16,830 bases of DNA from Myxococcales bacterium (GTDB lineage Bacteria > Myxococcota_A > UBA9160 > SMWR01). The position numbers were made by a program, and so were the translations under genes. Shown here piece after piece: positions 14,036 through 16,830 of the stretch. The DNA lies in NCBI GenBank assembly GCA_029881215.1, contig JAOUNA010000052.1, positions 1 through 16,830 on the forward strand. The letters are read 5' to 3'. Below the pieces are notes generated by a model. The model had not been told where the DNA came from. It ran no database searches and worked only from the letters and a program-made list of their open reading frames with translations. How positions within the stretch are numbered: position 1 is the first letter of the stretch; every line of letters begins with the position of its first letter.

Positions 14036-14581
14036 TCAGGCCAGGCGCTCGATGGGGAGGGGTCGGCCCTGCGCGTCCCACGCGGCACAGCGCGTGGATC
14101 TTCGCTCGAACGGCGCGAGTCTTTCGCCGGGGCGCTTCCACCACATGATCCCCAAGCCGCTTGCCCACGTCAGCACGCCCGAGAGCAGCGCCGGTTCGAG
14201 GGCGCTCGCCCACACGAGCCCGGCGATCGCGAGCGCAGCTGCCGAGGCGAGGCCCGCGCTGCCGCGCCGCAGGCGCTCGCGTGGCGAGGTCAGGCCCGCG
14301 GGCCAGGCGACGGCGCGACGCGCGCTTCGAATCCGGGTCGTGGTGATCTCGCTACGCATGAATCCGACGCGCACCGCGGTGGCGTGAGCTTCGCGCACGA
14401 GATCGGCACTGCCGCAGTGCGGACAGAGCTTGCGGCGCAGCAGGTGCCGGAGCGCGCAGTAGAGCAGGCCCGGCAGCGCCAGGCAGAGCCACGCCAGCAG
14501 CTCGAGTCGATCCGATCCAGCGAGCAGCGTTTCCGGGACGGCCGTGTGGAAACAGCGGGTGCAGAGCATGCGAGTCTTCAT
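14036..14581 (-). CDS. Hypothetical membrane protein with an N-terminal Cys4 zinc-ribbon-like motif (CxxC-x41-CxxC) and a C-terminal ~40-residue hydrophobic hairpin.
   Basis: The ATG start begins MKTRMLCTRCFHT...LELLAWLCLALPGLLYCALRHLLRRKLCPHCGS. A basic linker and AGLASAAALAIAGLVWASALEPALLSGVLTWASGLGIMWW follow. GC3 is strongly G/C, and the overlapping plus-strand ORF is R-rich. Confidence 0.55.
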   Translation of the reverse strand: MKTRMLCTRCFHTAVPETLLAGSDRLELLAWLCLALPGLLYCALRHLLRRKLCPHCGSADLVREAHATAVRVGFMRSEITTTRIRSARRAVAWPAGLTSPRERLRRGSAGLASAAALAIAGLVWASALEPALLSGVLTWASGLGIMWWKRPGERLAPFERRSTRCAAWDAQGRPLPIERLA

Positions 14582-14611
14582 GACGCCCTCCGTGCAGTCC
14601 GCATCGGCCGG

Positions 14612-14650
14612 AGCGCGAAAAACTTTCGCGTGTATCTCGAAATATTTCCT
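14612..14650. promoter_or_regulatory. Two adjacent palindromes in the divergent zinc-ribbon/SPFH intergenic region: CGCGAAA-aac-TTTCGCG (17 bp) and GAAATATTTC (10 bp, perfect).
   Basis: Read directly at ~14614-14630 and ~14639-14648 (about +/-1 nt). This is the only AT-rich patch in the 196-bp divergent intergenic region. Both elements share the GAAA-N(2-3)-TTTC core. Confidence 0.3.
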
Positions 14651-14777
14651 GCGAGTGGAATTTCACCCACGGGGGCACAGCCCTCGATCGTCCGCAGAAT
14701 TGCCCTGCCGGGCTGCGCCTCATAGTCTTGGGCCGGCGCCGCTCGAAACGCGCCGCTGCGGCGATCTCGTTGCGGCC

Positions 14778-15584
14778 ATGATCATGGGGAGAGAATTCGT
14801 GCAACGTTTCATCTTGCTCGCTGTCTTGTTCGCCGCGATTCCGCTGGCTTTGGGATGTGTCGTAATCGAAGACGGGGAAGTGGGTGTCTCCAAGAGCTTC
14901 GGTGCGATCCGGGACGAGCCGGTAGGCCAGGGCATCGTGATCCAGATTCCCGTGGTGCGCACCGTGGAAACCTGGAACGTGAAGCTCCAGGAGGTCAAGG
15001 AGACGGCGAACGTGCCCTCGTCGGAGGGACTCATCGTCGGCCTCGATACGTCGCTGCTCTTCGAGGTGCAAGCGAGCGAGGCGCCGCGCATCCGCAAGAC
15101 GGTGGGCTGGAATTATCTGGACCGCCTCGTGATTCCCTACTTCCGCAACGCCGTGCGCGACGTGGTGAGCGGTTACCCCGTCAAGAACATCTACTCCGAG
15201 ACCGGGCGCCGCGAGATCGCCGGCAAGATCCGTGGCTTTCTGCGCGAGAACCTCGAACCGCGCGGCATCACCGTGGTGGACGTGCTCCTGCGCGACGTGC
15301 AGCTCCCGCAGAAATTTCGGGAGAGCATCGAGCTGAAGCTGACGGCCGAGCAGAAGGTCCAGCAGAAGCAGTTCGAGCTGGATCAGGCGCGCAAGGACGC
15401 CGAGATCGAGATCGCGCGCGCCGAGGGCGCGGCCAAGGCTCAGGAGATCGTGCGCTCGACGCTGAGCGACTCGTATCTACAGTACCTGTGGATCAAGACG
15501 CTGAACGAGAATCCGAACGTGATCTACGTGGCGACGGAAGCCAACATGCCGTTGTTCCGGCTGCACGGTCAGTCGTCGCGGTAG
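14778..15584 (+). CDS. SPFH/Band-7 (prohibitin-like) membrane protein.
   Basis: Track ORF 14544..15584. The first 78 codons are junk that overlaps the divergent gene. The start is ATG 14778 (MIMGREF...) or GTG ~14799, which is preceded by GGGGAGAG. N-terminal TM: FILLAVLFAAIPLALGCVV. SPFH core and prohibitin-like helix: QKQFELDQARKDAEIEIARAEGAAKAQEI...YLQYLWIKTL. Confidence 0.85.
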   Translation: MIMGREFVQRFILLAVLFAAIPLALGCVVIEDGEVGVSKSFGAIRDEPVGQGIVIQIPVVRTVETWNVKLQEVKETANVPSSEGLIVGLDTSLLFEVQASEAPRIRKTVGWNYLDRLVIPYFRNAVRDVVSGYPVKNIYSETGRREIAGKIRGFLRENLEPRGITVVDVLLRDVQLPQKFRESIELKLTAEQKVQQKQFELDQARKDAEIEIARAEGAAKAQEIVRSTLSDSYLQYLWIKTLNENPNVIYVATEANMPLFRLHGQSSR

Positions 15585-15606
15585 GGTCCCGCGCTCGCGC
15601 CCGCCG

Positions 15607-16101
15607 CTAGCTCCCCTCGATGGAAACGCCGATCTCGGTCTGCGGTCCGGTCACCATGATCGTGATGATCGCCGTTCGGTCGCCCTTCTTTGCGACGAGA
15701 CGGTGCGTCTTCTCGTTCTCCTCCGAGAGGGTCCAGCCGTTCTCCTGCATCTGCTCGCGGTAGAACCCGTAGACCTCGCTCGGGGCTGCGCTGGTCTGGA
15801 AGATGGCGAACACACCGCTGCCCGGAGCGGACATGCCCGTCTGCGCGGTCGTTCCCGGATAGGTCGGAACGTCGGGCGGGAAATCGCTCGGGAGCTGACC
15901 CACTTCAGGCAGCGCCACCTCTGCCTCGGACGGGGTCGGGACCGACTGACTCGCTTCCCGCATGCCGGGAGCCGGGCTGGCTTCCTGGGCCGCTTGCGGG
16001 CCGGTCCCCTTCGTTTCTGACTTCTCTCCGCACCCCGCGAGACCCGCGGCGCAGCAGCATGCGATCACGACCATCGGAAAACGTCGGTGAATGAGTGCCA
16101 T
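15607..16101 (-). CDS. Hypothetical lipoprotein (about 164 aa).
   Basis: Track ORF 15607..16569; the upstream 156 codons are R/P-rich junk. The ATG at 16101 follows GGAGGGAG. Lipobox MALIHRRFPMVVIACCCAAGLAGCGEK. A Pro/Ser/Thr-rich linker leads to the compact C-terminal domain ...YGFYREQMQENGWTLSEENEKTHRLVAKKGDRTAIITIMVTGPQTEIGVSIEGS. Confidence 0.6.
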   Translation of the reverse strand: MALIHRRFPMVVIACCCAAGLAGCGEKSETKGTGPQAAQEASPAPGMREASQSVPTPSEAEVALPEVGQLPSDFPPDVPTYPGTTAQTGMSAPGSGVFAIFQTSAAPSEVYGFYREQMQENGWTLSEENEKTHRLVAKKGDRTAIITIMVTGPQTEIGVSIEGS

Positions 16102-16244
16102 CGAGTCGTTACTCCTCCCTGGGCCGCAGGCATCGTACCGCCACCGGGCCGCTTCCGCCGCCCTCCCGGGCGGTGCGCCCGGGCCCGTTTCGGACTCTTG
16201 ATGGGCTATGCTCCGCGCCCTTGCATTTCCTGCGGAGCGAACCG

Positions 16245-16830
16245 ATGTCTCGAGTCGTCCAGGCGCAGCTCTTCTTCGGGTTGCTGATCGCGGCACTCGC
16301 ATTTCCGGGCAGCGCGCTGGGGGCCGACGAGGGCGGGTCGAAGCTCGAGAGCGAAAAGGACCAGACCCTGTACGTGCTTGGGGTCCTGGTGGGCAAGCCG
16401 CTCGAGCCATTCGGTCTCTCGGAGCAGGAATTCGAGATGCTGAGCCAGGGACTGCGGGACGCTGCGCTCTCGCGGGAGCTCCGCGTCGATCCCCTCGAGC
16501 TGCAAGAAGACGTGCTCGCGTTCCAGCAGGCGCGCCTGGCGGCGCGGGCGGAGGGAGAGCGAAAGGCATCGCGCGCGTTCCTGGACGAGGCCGCGAAGCA
16601 GCCGGGCGCGCTGCGAACCGAATCGGGCATGATCATTCGCGAAATCGTCGCGGGATCCGGCGATTCGCCCCAGCCGACCAGCGTGGTGAAAGTGCACTAC
16701 CAAGGGGCCCTGCGCGATGGAACGATCTTCGACAGCACGCGCGCGACCGGGACCCCCGCGACGTTCAGCCTCGAGCGGGTCATCCGCTGCTGGCAGGAGG
16801 GCCTTAGCCGCATGAAGGTCGGCGGTAAGA
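16245..16830 (+). CDS. Periplasmic FKBP-type peptidyl-prolyl cis-trans isomerase (FkpA/FklB-like). Truncated 3' by the window end.
   Basis: Manual translation from the ATG at ~16245: MSRVVQAQLFFGLLIAALAFPGSALGADEG... (signal peptide). A helical dimerisation region is followed by the FKBP domain ESGMIIREIVAGSGDSPQPTSVVKVHYQGALRDGTIFDSTRATGTPATFSLERVIRCWQEGLSRMKVGGK. It is not in the track (no stop). The track's 16208..16807 ORF is a wrong-frame artefact. Confidence 0.8.
   Translation, partial: MSRVVQAQLFFGLLIAALAFPGSALGADEGGSKLESEKDQTLYVLGVLVGKPLEPFGLSEQEFEMLSQGLRDAALSRELRVDPLELQEDVLAFQQARLAARAEGERKASRAFLDEAAKQPGALRTESGMIIREIVAGSGDSPQPTSVVKVHYQGALRDGTIFDSTRATGTPATFSLERVIRCWQEGLSRMKVGGK

Noticed and set aside
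12607-14148. 513-aa plus-strand ORF
   Set aside because: It is antisense to the SBP_bac_3, small-TM and zinc-ribbon genes. The translation is extremely R/G/A/P-rich (RGREKESG..., GRGRQPRRRNQ) with no recognisable fold.
14352-15071. 239-aa minus-strand ORF
   Set aside because: It is antisense to the SPFH/prohibitin-like gene.
16208-16807. 199-aa plus-strand ORF and the N-terminal 156 codons of minus ORF 15607..16569
   Set aside because: Both are R/G/P-rich junk frames. The real genes are the FKBP isomerase in another plus frame (from ~16245) and the lipoprotein starting at 16101 (RBS and lipobox).
1-16830. Mobile elements, CRISPR arrays, tRNA/rRNA
   Set aside because: There are no transposase or integrase-like translations in any frame, no regularly spaced short direct repeats with unique spacers, and no cloverleaf-capable tRNA-like segments or rRNA-like conserved stretches. 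The only tandem repeat is the in-frame LRR coding repeat.

Overview
This is a high-GC (~65-68%) bacterial chromosomal segment with strong GC3 codon bias. I found no rRNA, tRNA, CRISPR array, transposase or integrase. I call 15 protein-coding genes, and many of the ORF-track starts look over-extended (the track takes the most upstream ATG/GTG/TTG). Two genes truncated at the window edges are missing from the track: a multiheme c-type cytochrome (1..837, minus) and an FkpA-type FKBP isomerase (16245..16830, plus). The content is dominated by periplasmic and envelope signalling. (1) On the minus strand an NHL beta-propeller gene is translationally coupled to the multiheme cytochrome and is preceded by a candidate sigma-54 promoter. 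(2) A secreted protein carries a plant-type LRR ectodomain (LRRNT_2-like cap, twelve 24-residue LxxLxxLxLxxNxLSGxIPxxLGxL repeats, C-terminal TM with a PEP-CTERM-like tail). This is the architecture of a plant receptor-like protein. (3) Next comes an orphan PhnD-like substrate-binding protein, a histidine kinase whose periplasmic sensor loop holds a CXXCH c-type heme motif, and a translationally coupled sigma-54-dependent NtrC-type response regulator. The most coherent 'system' hypothesis is that this module controls the sigma-54-driven NHL/cytochrome operon about 2 kb away. (4) A CadC/ToxR-like membrane regulator combines an OmpR wHTH domain, a TolB-N-like domain and long TPR repeats. (5) A minus-strand cluster encodes a Cys4 zinc-ribbon membrane protein, an orphan SBP_bac_3 lipoprotein, a small 3-TM protein and a PilZ (c-di-GMP receptor) protein with an acidic disordered linker and a coiled-coil tail. 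It sits divergent from an SPFH/prohibitin gene across an intergenic region with two GAAA-N-TTTC palindromes. All long R/P/A-rich antisense ORFs in the track were rejected. Hand-counted coordinates may be off by 1-2 nt.
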